IMG/VR virus record: IMGVR_UViG_3300037789_000060
Source of the DNA: a virus
DNA: 64,000 bases
Strand: one strand, 5' to 3'
The notes beneath the pieces are model-generated. The model was given only the letters and a program-made list of their open reading frames with translations, was not told where the DNA came from and did not search any database. The translations under genes were made by a program, and so were the position numbers. This document shows positions 43,011-52,440 of the stretch, piece after piece; the stretch's first letter is position 1; every line of letters begins with the position of its first letter.

Positions 43011-44128
43011 TGTCTTCAGCGGTCCTGCCATCCAATGCAACGGAATGGGAAAAAGCAGTTGCGGATACCGGTGCAACGCCACTGGCACGGCTCGAACAAA
43101 TTGATGCTATTACTGGCACAAAAATTTCGCAGCCACCAGCCGATATGTTGCCATGGCTGGTCCACGAATATGGTCTGGGTGAGCTCACTCCATTTTTGAC
43201 CAACCTCTATGATCTTATTCAAGAGGGGGTGAGGTGGCAAAGGATACGTGGCACGCACAAAGCTGTAGAAACGGCACTTGGCTGGCTGGACTACACGGCC
43301 GAGATTGAAGAAGAGCCCGTGCGCCGCCGGCGTTGGCACCTGTTCCAACTCGGTCTGGACCGACATCGGGATGAATACGCAGACCTTGATAAGATTGAAG
43401 GTGTGACAACCTTGTCAGTCCCTGCCAGGTCGCATTTCTGGCGTGGATACTCCTTCTATGACGTGCGGGCTGTCGAAGGCGACTATTCGAAGACCGATGA
43501 CACCATATGGGATGATTGGTCGGGAGTTCGCATCAGGACTGGTGGAACAAAATGGAGCTTCGGGCGCCCACACGATATCCAGCACACGCTAACAGAAGAA
43601 GAGCTGACGCCCTTGGGTTTATGGTCAGATCCATTGTCGATTTCTAACACATGGGAGAGTGTCGAAGGGACGTGGGAGACAGAAGGGCTGACCTGGGACA
43701 CGGCCTCGCCAACCCAGAGATTGATTTCCATCTATGGCGGCCTTGCTGCAAAGGGGGGCTATGTCCAGTTCAAGGATTCCGATGACAACGTTATCGGTTG
43801 CCGCCGGTTCAAAACAGCAAGTGGTATCAGGCAAAGCAGTTCCGGCGATATTGAGTTCGACGGCGACAAATACATCCGAAGTAAAGACGCACCGGAAATG
43901 TTCTATATCGAGGCGCTGACCGCGTTCGATCAGGCAAACGGGAAAACCGCCACAAAGGCGAGCATCGTTTTTGACGCCTATCCCACTGACATTACAAAGC
44001 CGGGCTTAGCCTGGGTGGGTCCGGGACAAATGTCCGGGGATCAAAACATCGTAGCGGCTGACAGCGCCGTTGACATTGAATTTGCAACAACAATCCGGGA
44101 ACAAGTCCGGTTCTTTCTGACAGTTTAA
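43010..44128 (+). CDS. Tail protein I (P2 gpI-like)
   Basis: LPSNATEWEKA, LPWLVHEYGL, RGT..AV..AL. Confidence 0.85.
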   Translation: MSSAVLPSNATEWEKAVADTGATPLARLEQIDAITGTKISQPPADMLPWLVHEYGLGELTPFLTNLYDLIQEGVRWQRIRGTHKAVETALGWLDYTAEIEEEPVRRRRWHLFQLGLDRHRDEYADLDKIEGVTTLSVPARSHFWRGYSFYDVRAVEGDYSKTDDTIWDDWSGVRIRTGGTKWSFGRPHDIQHTLTEEELTPLGLWSDPLSISNTWESVEGTWETEGLTWDTASPTQRLISIYGGLAAKGGYVQFKDSDDNVIGCRRFKTASGIRQSSSGDIEFDGDKYIRSKDAPEMFYIEALTAFDQANGKTATKASIVFDAYPTDITKPGLAWVGPGQMSGDQNIVAADSAVDIEFATTIREQVRFFLTV

Positions 44129-44139
44129 AAGGCTGATTT

Positions 44140-47100
44140 ATGGCTCACGAACATCCGTCCGGCGTGCCCGGCGCTCATGACCGCACGGCTGCATATCCAG
44201 AGTTTGATGAACTCATTTTCTCGGAAGGCCGGTTCAATCAAAGTGCTGAATTCAATGAGATTCAGTCTCAGTCGAGAAACAGAGACCGTCGCATTGGGAA
44301 CATGACTGCTCAGAATGGCGACCGGGTCAGCGGATGCGAAGCCGTTGTCGACATAGATGCTGAAACCATCACGTTGACCGCTGGGCAGCTTTACATTGAT
44401 GGCGATGTCCGAAGTGTCGGTGAAAAGGTCATTTCAGGGATTGCCGTCACTGGCAGTGTGGAAATTGGTGTTTGGTTGACTGAAGAAACCATCACGGCCT
44501 CAGATAATCCTGACCTTTATGGGTTGGCGGAAGGGTCACGGGCGGAAGGTGAAGAGGGCGCCGACCGTCTGGTCAAAACCATCACATGGGGCGAGAAGAC
44601 CGACGAAGTTGCGGATGGAAAGTTCCACGCAGTCTATCGCATGACCAACGGCACCGTCATAGATCAAACGCCACCACCAACTCTTTCTGGAATCAGTCAG
44701 GCGATCGCAGTTTACGATCGCGACGTGAACGGCAATTACATTGTTCAAGGCATGAGGGTGACAGCTTTGGGCAAAAGCGGAAGCAACCAGATATTCTCGA
44801 TGTCTGAAGGGATCGCAAACATTGTCGGCAACAAGCGCACCCGAAATGCAGCCTTGCGGTTTTCACAGGTGGAAGAATACGACGTCCTGCGCGTCATCCA
44901 AGAAAATCACACGTATGTCGACAACAATTCTGGAAGCTTCAAGATTGAGCTCAACCAATCGCCACTGGCAACCGTAGTTTCCGCAACTGTCACGAAGGAG
45001 GTCACTTCGGAAACAGTGATCAGGGCGACCGGCACAGATTTCGATAGTCTCGCCAATACGGGCATCACTGAGATTGTGAGCGTGGTCCAGGGCGGCACCA
45101 CGTTCGTTGCTGACACAGATTATTCTAAGACCGGAGATCAGGTCGAATGGCTCGATGGCGGGTCATCCCCGGCGAGCAGTTCAAGCTATCAGGTTACGTA
45201 TCGCTACACCTCTGCTGCAACTCCTGTCGCCTTCGACGACTATTCTGTGACACTGGAAGACGGCGTCGTTGGTGAGCCGGCCACGGTTACCTATGATTTC
45301 AAGCTCAACCGCACCGACATCATCTGTCTGGATGAACTGGGTGACCCGGTATATTTGAAGGGCATAAGCACCCGCGGCACGCCATATCCACCGCTTGCGC
45401 CGGAATATCTACTGAAGGTGTGCGAGGTTTCAAACACATGGGTAGGTCCACCGACTGTCAGCAACAATGGTACCCGCGCGCTCAATCAGGACAAATTGAC
45501 CCGTATGCTTGAGGCCGTGATTGACAATATGAACCTCATTGGCATCGAGAGATTGCGGCGGGATATCGATGCTCGGGAGACATCGGCCAAAAAGGGACGG
45601 TTCGTCGATCCTTTCACATCCGATCGGTATAGGGACGCAGGCATAACGCAGAGTGCTGCTGTGTTCGAAGGGTCGTGCCAGCTTCCTGTCACTCCGTCTT
45701 TCTTCTGGGGTGGTCTCACAGCGCCGGTCACGCTGGACTTTACGGAAGAGATCATAATCTCCCAGCCGCTGGCTACTGGCTGTGTGAAGATCAACCCCTA
45801 CGGCAACTTCGAACCATTGCCAGGGGAAATCACGCTGACACCCGCGCTCGACTTCTGGACCGAAGAGCAAACAGAGTGGGCTTCCCCCGTCACCCAACGG
45901 TTTGGCAGTGGCAACCAGACAAGAACAACTACATCTACGCAACAAATCGAAGATGACCGGGAAGAGCTGCTCGAGTTCCTTAGGCAAATCTCAGTCGATT
46001 TTGCCATAAAGGGCTTTGGTGATGGTGAAGTCATGGAGAGTTTCACATTTGATGGTGTGGACATTCTCCCGGATCCTGCGCCGACTGCAGACAGCAACGG
46101 AGAAATCACTGGATCATTCACCATCCCCGAAAACATCACGGCCGGCACAAAGTCGGTGATTGCAGTTGGGGCTGGTGGTACCGTGGCATCTGCTCAATTC
46201 AGTGGCCAGGGCATACTGCTCATTGACGTGTTCCGGAGAGTGACAACAGTCAGGAGGACGCAAGACGACAGACCGACCGCGACCCAAAATCTACTTGCGA
46301 GATTAAGAGCCAGAGACCCCCAGGCCCAAAGCTTCAATCTCGTTGAAGGCAGGCATATTGCTGGCGTAGATGTCAAATTTTGCGCAATTGGAGACAGGAC
46401 AAACGGCGTCATCTGTGAAATCGTGACCGTCGAAAATGGCGATCCGACCCAAGATGTCGTGACACAGGCCTTCGTGCCGATGACCGACGTCGTACAAGAT
46501 GAATGGACCGAGATACGTTTCGATCTTCCGGTTTATCTCCCCCCCAATCAAAATTTTGCTTTCGTCTTCAAGACCGATGATGCTGATCATTCAATTGCGA
46601 TCGCCACACTTGGTGACTTCGACGAAGACGCTCAACAATTTGTAACTACACAGCCATATACGATCGGGGTTCGTTCATCTTCATCAAACGCTATCGCCTG
46701 GACGCACCACAATGATAGCGACCTGACCTTCAGGGTGGTCGCCGCCACGTTTGACCCCACTACAAAGGTGGTGAATCTGGGTGACCACGACGTGGTGAAG
46801 ATGTCTGATATTCTGGTACATGCGGCTGCCGAAGTCCCGACAGGCGAGGCTCAGGTCTACTTTGAAATCGTTCGCGAAGACGGCACCACGATCTATACCG
46901 TGAATGCCTTCGAGCCGTTGGAATTGCCAGAGTACATCACTGAAACGGTTACGCTTCGGGCCGTCCTGAAAGGATCGGAGAAGGTTTCACCGGCTCTGTA
47001 TCCGGATGTTGAATTTATTCCCGGGGAATTGCAGACAGAGGGCACCTATGTTGGGCGCGTAATGACCATGGGCAACCCAGTTCAGGTTTTCGTATGGCTG

Positions 47101-47331
47101 AAGACCAAACTGCCAGGGTCATCAACATTGGCCGTTGAAGTAGACAAAGCCGATGAAGACTGGACGACGGTACCACAAACGGCTGTTGAACCAATCGAGA
47201 ACAATTGGATCGAAGCCACTCATTCCGTATCCGGTCATGCAGCAAATAGCGGCGGTCGTATCAAGCTGACTTTGACGGGATCACCGGACGCACGCCCATC
47301 CGTAGCGGATCTTCGTGCCGGCTCAATTTAA
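44140..47331 (+). CDS. DUF4815-domain large tail/baseplate protein
   Basis: 1063 aa at the tail-fibre position; QSAEFNEIQS, GRFVDPF..D..RD.G, KINPY, LTP..DFW. Confidence 0.75.
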   Translation: MAHEHPSGVPGAHDRTAAYPEFDELIFSEGRFNQSAEFNEIQSQSRNRDRRIGNMTAQNGDRVSGCEAVVDIDAETITLTAGQLYIDGDVRSVGEKVISGIAVTGSVEIGVWLTEETITASDNPDLYGLAEGSRAEGEEGADRLVKTITWGEKTDEVADGKFHAVYRMTNGTVIDQTPPPTLSGISQAIAVYDRDVNGNYIVQGMRVTALGKSGSNQIFSMSEGIANIVGNKRTRNAALRFSQVEEYDVLRVIQENHTYVDNNSGSFKIELNQSPLATVVSATVTKEVTSETVIRATGTDFDSLANTGITEIVSVVQGGTTFVADTDYSKTGDQVEWLDGGSSPASSSSYQVTYRYTSAATPVAFDDYSVTLEDGVVGEPATVTYDFKLNRTDIICLDELGDPVYLKGISTRGTPYPPLAPEYLLKVCEVSNTWVGPPTVSNNGTRALNQDKLTRMLEAVIDNMNLIGIERLRRDIDARETSAKKGRFVDPFTSDRYRDAGITQSAAVFEGSCQLPVTPSFFWGGLTAPVTLDFTEEIIISQPLATGCVKINPYGNFEPLPGEITLTPALDFWTEEQTEWASPVTQRFGSGNQTRTTTSTQQIEDDREELLEFLRQISVDFAIKGFGDGEVMESFTFDGVDILPDPAPTADSNGEITGSFTIPENITAGTKSVIAVGAGGTVASAQFSGQGILLIDVFRRVTTVRRTQDDRPTATQNLLARLRARDPQAQSFNLVEGRHIAGVDVKFCAIGDRTNGVICEIVTVENGDPTQDVVTQAFVPMTDVVQDEWTEIRFDLPVYLPPNQNFAFVFKTDDADHSIAIATLGDFDEDAQQFVTTQPYTIGVRSSSSNAIAWTHHNDSDLTFRVVAATFDPTTKVVNLGDHDVVKMSDILVHAAAEVPTGEAQVYFEIVREDGTTIYTVNAFEPLELPEYITETVTLRAVLKGSEKVSPALYPDVEFIPGELQTEGTYVGRVMTMGNPVQVFVWLKTKLPGSSTLAVEVDKADEDWTTVPQTAVEPIENNWIEATHSVSGHAANSGGRIKLTLTGSPDARPSVADLRAGSI

Positions 47332-47340
47332 GGATCAGCC

Positions 47341-47799
47341 ATGACGGTTACCGACACATCAACCAATCAGGGGTACAAAAAACCCCATGCCACAAACGAA
47401 CTTGAAGTCGACGTTGCTCGACTGCGGGATGCGATTGACCAAATCGATGCGGACGTGAAGGCTGCTTTGGATGCGCTGGCATTGAAAGCTGCGTCGGTAC
47501 ACGCCCATGCAATCTCTGACGTGACTGGTCTGACAGCTGCGCTTGCTTCGAAACAAGACGCTGGAGGGACAATCAGCCTCGACGATTTGAGCGATGTTGA
47601 GGCATCAGCGGCCGCAACAAACCAATTCATGCGTAAGACCGTCGGTGGATGGCAACCAGTGACATTCACAGCATCAATGATCTACAGCGGCACCATTGCT
47701 GAGGCTCGGCTGCCAAGCAGGCTGTCAGATGAAAATCTATCGGAGCAGTTTGCAGATCAAAACGAAGCATTCGCTCTATCGTTAATTCTTCGGAGGTAG
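47341..47799 (+). CDS. Short tail-fibre-like protein
   Basis: DV.RLRDA...ID, HAHAISDVTGL..AL..K, SLDDLSDV fibre motifs. Confidence 0.65.
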   Translation: MTVTDTSTNQGYKKPHATNELEVDVARLRDAIDQIDADVKAALDALALKAASVHAHAISDVTGLTAALASKQDAGGTISLDDLSDVEASAAATNQFMRKTVGGWQPVTFTASMIYSGTIAEARLPSRLSDENLSEQFADQNEAFALSLILRR

Positions 47800-47800
47800 C

Positions 47801-48115
47801 ATGCCAACTTATCCAGCTTTACGGAGCCAACTGGTCGGGACAACGGCTGTAAAAATCGGAGGCTATGATGTGCCTGAGAATGGCGCAACGCTTGTCGCCT
47901 TGATGATTTGCAACACGCTGTCCACTGAGGTTTCAGTGACCGTCTATACAAAGCTTTCGTCGACAACTACCCATATCGCCAAGGATTACCCAATTCTCCC
48001 CGGAAAACAGCTGATCCTCGACACCAGTGTGAACCTGGCATCAGGAGAGGGGATCTATGTTCAGTCTTCGGATGCCGCATCCCTTGACGTTCATGCAAGC
48101 TTGGTGGCGCACTGA
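47801..48115 (+). CDS. Beta-rich virion hypothetical protein
   Basis: GGAGG RBS; lies in the tail-tip cluster. Confidence 0.65.
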   Translation: MPTYPALRSQLVGTTAVKIGGYDVPENGATLVALMICNTLSTEVSVTVYTKLSSTTTHIAKDYPILPGKQLILDTSVNLASGEGIYVQSSDAASLDVHASLVAH

Positions 48116-48645
48116 TGTTTTACACACTTGGCAATGTCGGGGAAGTGGTCAACCCACTTGGCTCGCAGACGATTTGGCTGCCTGGTGGCGCCTGGACGCC
48201 GGATGAAACGGATGGGCCGGAACAGATCACCCCTTCTGGGCACCTTGAATTTGATGAAGCTGTCCTTCAGTTTGTGACAACAGACATCTTTCTCCCAAAG
48301 TCCTGGGACGGCAAGGGCCTATCGGCATTCGTCACATGGAAGCACGCTTCGACAACGACAAACTTTGACGTTTCGTTTGGCATCCAAGCTGCGGCAAAAG
48401 CGGACGGTGAAGAATACAGTCAAACATTCGGGACAGCGCAAACACTGACTGATACCGGTGGACTGACAAACCGTACCTACTATAGCGGCATGTTCGACAA
48501 CATAGTCCCGTCAAACTCACCAGAAGGCGGGAAGCTTCACGAGCTGAAGTTTTACAGAAATCCGGCTGCAGACAATCTCGCGGTGAAGGCGGTCGTGATC
48601 GGTGTAACGGTGCTCTACGACATCAACCGCGCCAAGGACAATTGA
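48115..48645 (+). CDS. Beta-rich virion hypothetical protein
   Basis: TGATG coupling; jelly-roll-like composition. Confidence 0.65.
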   Translation: MFYTLGNVGEVVNPLGSQTIWLPGGAWTPDETDGPEQITPSGHLEFDEAVLQFVTTDIFLPKSWDGKGLSAFVTWKHASTTTNFDVSFGIQAAAKADGEEYSQTFGTAQTLTDTGGLTNRTYYSGMFDNIVPSNSPEGGKLHELKFYRNPAADNLAVKAVVIGVTVLYDINRAKDN

Positions 48646-48647
48646 TC

Positions 48648-49088
48648 ATGGCTGAATTTGCACTGACCAAAGATGGATCAACGATAGACCGCATTCTCGA
48701 AGCCGATGAAAAACCGCCGATGTTTCAGTTAAAGCCCTGGCATTGGCTGGATGTTATCAGAGAAACTGGTGAAGTTGCATCGACAGAAATAGATTTGGAA
48801 GCAGGAGAGGTTACGATCACAGAGACCGAGCCGGCAGCGCCACCGCCCCGAAAGGTTGGAACCTTCATTGAGTTCATGGAGATTTTTACTCCTGCTGAGC
48901 AGTTAACAATCAAAGCTGCATCACAACAAAGTCCAGCGCTTGGGCTATGGTATGACAAGGCCATAGGGCGGACTGAAGTTGATCTGACAACAGCGGAGAT
49001 GTCAGATGGGCTGGATGCGCTTGTATCGGCCGGACTGATCAACGCTGCCCGGAAAACTGAAATTCTGGATTGGGATTTCGATGCTTAG
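48648..49088 (+). CDS. Tail-fibre-associated (assembly chaperone-like) protein
   Basis: F...FT.AEQ..I..A...VDL...GL..LV..GLI..AR..EIL pattern. Confidence 0.55.
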   Translation: MAEFALTKDGSTIDRILEADEKPPMFQLKPWHWLDVIRETGEVASTEIDLEAGEVTITETEPAAPPPRKVGTFIEFMEIFTPAEQLTIKAASQQSPALGLWYDKAIGRTEVDLTTAEMSDGLDALVSAGLINAARKTEILDWDFDA

Positions 49089-49719
49089 AGTTAACCACCT
49101 TGTTGGTTTTGGTTTGGTCGCAGTTGGTGCTAATGGCATCACATTGGTTGGTACAAGTACCGGCGGAGGCACTACGGCCCTGCCAGCAGGACTGCGCGAG
49201 GGCGATTACGTGATTGCGCAATGCGCGGCGGACAACAACGATATCAACAGCGTATCCGGGTGGACCACAATTCAGACGCGGCTATCTTCTGCACGCGGTG
49301 TTACAGTTGCCAAGTTTATGGGAGCATCCCCGGATACAAACATATCCGTTAACGCTGCACAATCTGTGTGCATCATGGCCTTTCGCGGTGTTGATCCCGA
49401 TACTCCACAAGATGTTTCCCATACGTTCGATTCCTCTGGATCGAATGGCCAGCCAAACCCACCGGCAATTACTCCTGTCACCGATAACTGCGCAATCGTC
49501 ATATCAGCGGCCCTAGATGATCGCACTGCTGGAGGCAGCATGGTCGCACCGGCGGGTTTTGAGGATGTTATATCGAGTTCTGACGGAAGCGAGGCGTCAG
49601 TCTCCATGATGGCATGGAAAATCCAAGAAACTGCAGCCTCTATCAATCCCGGCACATTTACAGGTGCCGCTAACGACGAATGGTGGGCGGTGACTCAGGC
49701 GCTCCGGCCCGCGTCGTAA
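49081..49719 (+). CDS. Putative receptor-binding/adhesin domain protein
   Basis: MLRVNHLVGFG leader; Thr/Gly/Ser-rich beta domain. Confidence 0.55.
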   Translation: MLRVNHLVGFGLVAVGANGITLVGTSTGGGTTALPAGLREGDYVIAQCAADNNDINSVSGWTTIQTRLSSARGVTVAKFMGASPDTNISVNAAQSVCIMAFRGVDPDTPQDVSHTFDSSGSNGQPNPPAITPVTDNCAIVISAALDDRTAGGSMVAPAGFEDVISSSDGSEASVSMMAWKIQETAASINPGTFTGAANDEWWAVTQALRPAS

Positions 49720-49794
49720 TACGAACTACCAGACTAAGGCAGTGCAATGAGATGCGCTGGTCGAACAAAATACCAGTCGGCCCGACTGTGAACC

Positions 49795-49820
49795 AACCCG
49801 TCTTTTCAGGCGGGTTTTTT
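49795..49820 (+). terminator. Rho-independent terminator before the sheath gene
   Basis: AACCCGTC-TTTTCA-GGCGGGTT followed by TTTT. Confidence 0.65.
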
Positions 49821-49865
49821 ATTGCCCGCAGATGATCTCGGGCTGCCCAACAAAGGAAACAGATT

Positions 49866-51320
49866 ATGTCAGATATTTTTCTGCATGGCATCGAGACGAT
49901 CGAAAAAACCGATGGTCCGCGACCAGTCCAAACAATCGACACCGGTATTATCGGTGCGGTCTGCACGGCTCCGCTCGCAGACGATTCACTTTGGCCGCTC
50001 AACAAACCGATTGCTATCCATGGATATAATGGAAGCACAGCTGGAATGGGCGCAACCGGCACAATGAAAGACACCGTCGAAAGCATCCTCGATCAGGCAA
50101 CGCGTGCATCGCAAACGATCGTTATGGTTCGCGTCGAAGAAGACGAAGACGGTGATGCGCAGTACGCCAATCTGATCGGGAACCGCACCACGAAAACAGG
50201 CATGCATGCTTGGCGTGATGCGAAAGGCTTGCACAATCTGTTGCCAAAGCTATTGATCGCACCAGGGTTTACATCCGGTCGACCAACCAATGGGCTCGGG
50301 ACCGTAACCATCTCTGATGGCGGATCTGGCTACACATCTGCACCCACGGTCACCATCACAGATGATGATGGCGTCGGGGGTGAAGCCGTCTGCACGATCA
50401 ACTCGGATGGCGAAGTTGATGAAGTGATTATCACCAACCCCGGTAGCGGATACACGGCGGCAACGCTTGGCTTCTCCGGTGGCGGCGGTACCGGTGCGGC
50501 CGCGACAGTTGCCCTGGGAACGGTCAACAACCCCATCGTCTCTGAAATGCTGACCTTGGCCAATCGCTTCCGGGCCGGCGTTATCGCTGATGCATCCAAC
50601 ACGACGAGCTCTGACGCTGTTACTTGGCGTGCTGGATACGACACAGACCGAATGCTGATCTGTGATCCATACGTCAATGTCCAGCGGACCTCGGGCATTG
50701 TGGCCGAACCGGTTTCGGCGCGCATTGCCGGGCTGCAGGCACGGATCGATTACGATGAAGGATTCTGGGTGTCTCCATCAAATCATGTGGTGGAAGGCAT
50801 TCTCGGACCATCGCGCGTCATTGAACATTCACTGAGCGATCCATCCGCCGAGTCCCAATACCTCAACAAAAACGACGTTGCGTGCGTTGTGCGATCGCCA
50901 AGTGGTGGCTTCAAGTTCTGGGGCAACAGAGTGCCGAGCAGCGACACTTTGAAGAAGTTTTGGTCAGTACGTCGGTCGCATGACACCATCATCGACAGTA
51001 TCGAACTGGCCCATGAGCCATTCATTGACAAGCCATTCTCGGTCCAGGTGTTGGTCAACATTTCCGAAACCGTCAATGCGGCCCTGCGTCGTTGGGAAGC
51101 ATTGGGTGCAACACTCGGTGGGAAGGTGTGGCTCGATCCGTCGCTTAACACGAAGGAAACCTGGGCGAGTGGACACCTCTATATCTCCTATGATGCAGAA
51201 GGTCCTGCGCCGCTGGAGCACATCACATTCATGTTCAACCGCAACACCGGATACTACAGCACGTTGGCGGCCAATGCAGTCCGAGAGATTGCACGGCAGT
51301 CCGGTCGATACATCACATAA
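49866..51320 (+). CDS. Contractile tail sheath protein (FI)
   Basis: FLHGIETIE, PKLLIAPGF, G.W.SPSN, GF.FWGNR. Confidence 0.95.
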   Translation: MSDIFLHGIETIEKTDGPRPVQTIDTGIIGAVCTAPLADDSLWPLNKPIAIHGYNGSTAGMGATGTMKDTVESILDQATRASQTIVMVRVEEDEDGDAQYANLIGNRTTKTGMHAWRDAKGLHNLLPKLLIAPGFTSGRPTNGLGTVTISDGGSGYTSAPTVTITDDDGVGGEAVCTINSDGEVDEVIITNPGSGYTAATLGFSGGGGTGAAATVALGTVNNPIVSEMLTLANRFRAGVIADASNTTSSDAVTWRAGYDTDRMLICDPYVNVQRTSGIVAEPVSARIAGLQARIDYDEGFWVSPSNHVVEGILGPSRVIEHSLSDPSAESQYLNKNDVACVVRSPSGGFKFWGNRVPSSDTLKKFWSVRRSHDTIIDSIELAHEPFIDKPFSVQVLVNISETVNAALRRWEALGATLGGKVWLDPSLNTKETWASGHLYISYDAEGPAPLEHITFMFNRNTGYYSTLAANAVREIARQSGRYIT

Positions 51321-51387
51321 CTGAAATCAGATCCGCACGCCTGGTTAAACCCGGGCGTGTTCGGTTGCATGAAAAAGGAGAATGAAC

Positions 51388-51897
51388 ATGCGCCATATTC
51401 TGCAGGGGTTCACAATGTTCCTCAATGGGGCCGACTTCGGGATTGATACCGAAGAAATCACCCTGCCACATCCGGTCCTCAAATCTGAAGTCTATCAGGG
51501 CGGAGGAATGGTTCTTGAGGTGGATCAGCTCTTCTCGTCTGTCGAAGCCTTGGAAGTTCAGGTCAAGATGGCCGGCAAAAACCCGGACATCATGAAATTG
51601 ATGGGCTTGGCTTCGGACAAGACAAGTCAGATTACCGTGCGCGGTGGCGTCCTGACAGAGGCAGCGGGGTCCATCATTCCGCATGTCGCCAACATTGAAG
51701 GGTCAATCGCGTCGGCAAGCAACGATGCGATGCAGCGAGGTCAGAAGTCAGGCTTCGAATTCGTCATCAAGAACATCAAATATTACCGATACGAAGTTGG
51801 TGATGAAATCATTCATGAAGTCCAGGCATGGCCGCCCAAACTTATTGTTGCAGGCGCCGACCAGATCGCAGGACTGAACAACGCATTGGGGTACTAG
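51388..51897 (+). CDS. Major tail tube protein (FII)
   Basis: EEITLP, Y.GGGM, YYRYEV..E.I.E. Confidence 0.9.
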   Translation: MRHILQGFTMFLNGADFGIDTEEITLPHPVLKSEVYQGGGMVLEVDQLFSSVEALEVQVKMAGKNPDIMKLMGLASDKTSQITVRGGVLTEAAGSIIPHVANIEGSIASASNDAMQRGQKSGFEFVIKNIKYYRYEVGDEIIHEVQAWPPKLIVAGADQIAGLNNALGY

Positions 51898-51898
51898 G

Positions 51899-52315
51899 AT
51901 GACTGACCAGGAAATCATCAAAGCTGCGACTCCGGAGCAGATCGAGGTGGCAAACCGTATTGCTAGTGAAAGAATGGCAGAGGCTGAGAAGCCTGCTCCC
52001 AAGTTCATCGGCACGGAATCTCGATCTGCAACCGTCACCCTGAAATATCCTATGGAGTATGACGGGGTGATCTACAAAACGATTACGCTCAGTCGTATCT
52101 CGGGAGCACAGCTCCAAAACCTCAACAAACAGGATGGCGATCCGGCAATTGCACTGATGCATTTGTTGACCGGTGTTCCACACCGAGTTTTGGAAGCTCT
52201 GGACGCAGAAGATTTTGCCGAAATCAATGTGGTCGGCGCAGATTTTTTGCCCCGCCGCTTGATGGAGGCGGCAGAGCAGAACCAGAGCGATGGGCAGGAT
52301 ACGCAGCAGACGTAG
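51899..52315 (+). CDS. Tail assembly chaperone (P2 gpE-like)
   Basis: VTL.YP..YDG...L.R..G, L...LD..DF; slippery TTTTTTG at 52243-52249. Confidence 0.85.
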   Translation: MTDQEIIKAATPEQIEVANRIASERMAEAEKPAPKFIGTESRSATVTLKYPMEYDGVIYKTITLSRISGAQLQNLNKQDGDPAIALMHLLTGVPHRVLEALDAEDFAEINVVGADFLPRRLMEAAEQNQSDGQDTQQT

Positions 52316-52440
52316 CCCACGCACTCCATTTCAGTCGTAGCGAGCTGTTGGAAATGTCCTTCCATGAACTCATTACGGTTTGGCTCCCAGAGGCAAGACG
52401 AATAGCATTGGCAACAAATCCATGGCTAAAGCAGGTATAA
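52243..52440 (+). CDS. gpE' extension reached by programmed -1 frameshift
   Basis: -1 frame is open after T TTT TTG and encodes ADVAHALHFSRSELLEMSFHELITVW, matching the P2 gpE' pattern. Confidence 0.8.
   Translation, partial: FFAPPLDGGGRAEPERWAGYAADVAHALHFSRSELLEMSFHELITVWLPEARRIALATNPWLKQV

Noticed and set aside
44140-49719. Diversity-generating retroelement acting on the tail tip
   Set aside because: No reverse transcriptase and no TR/VR repeat pair seen
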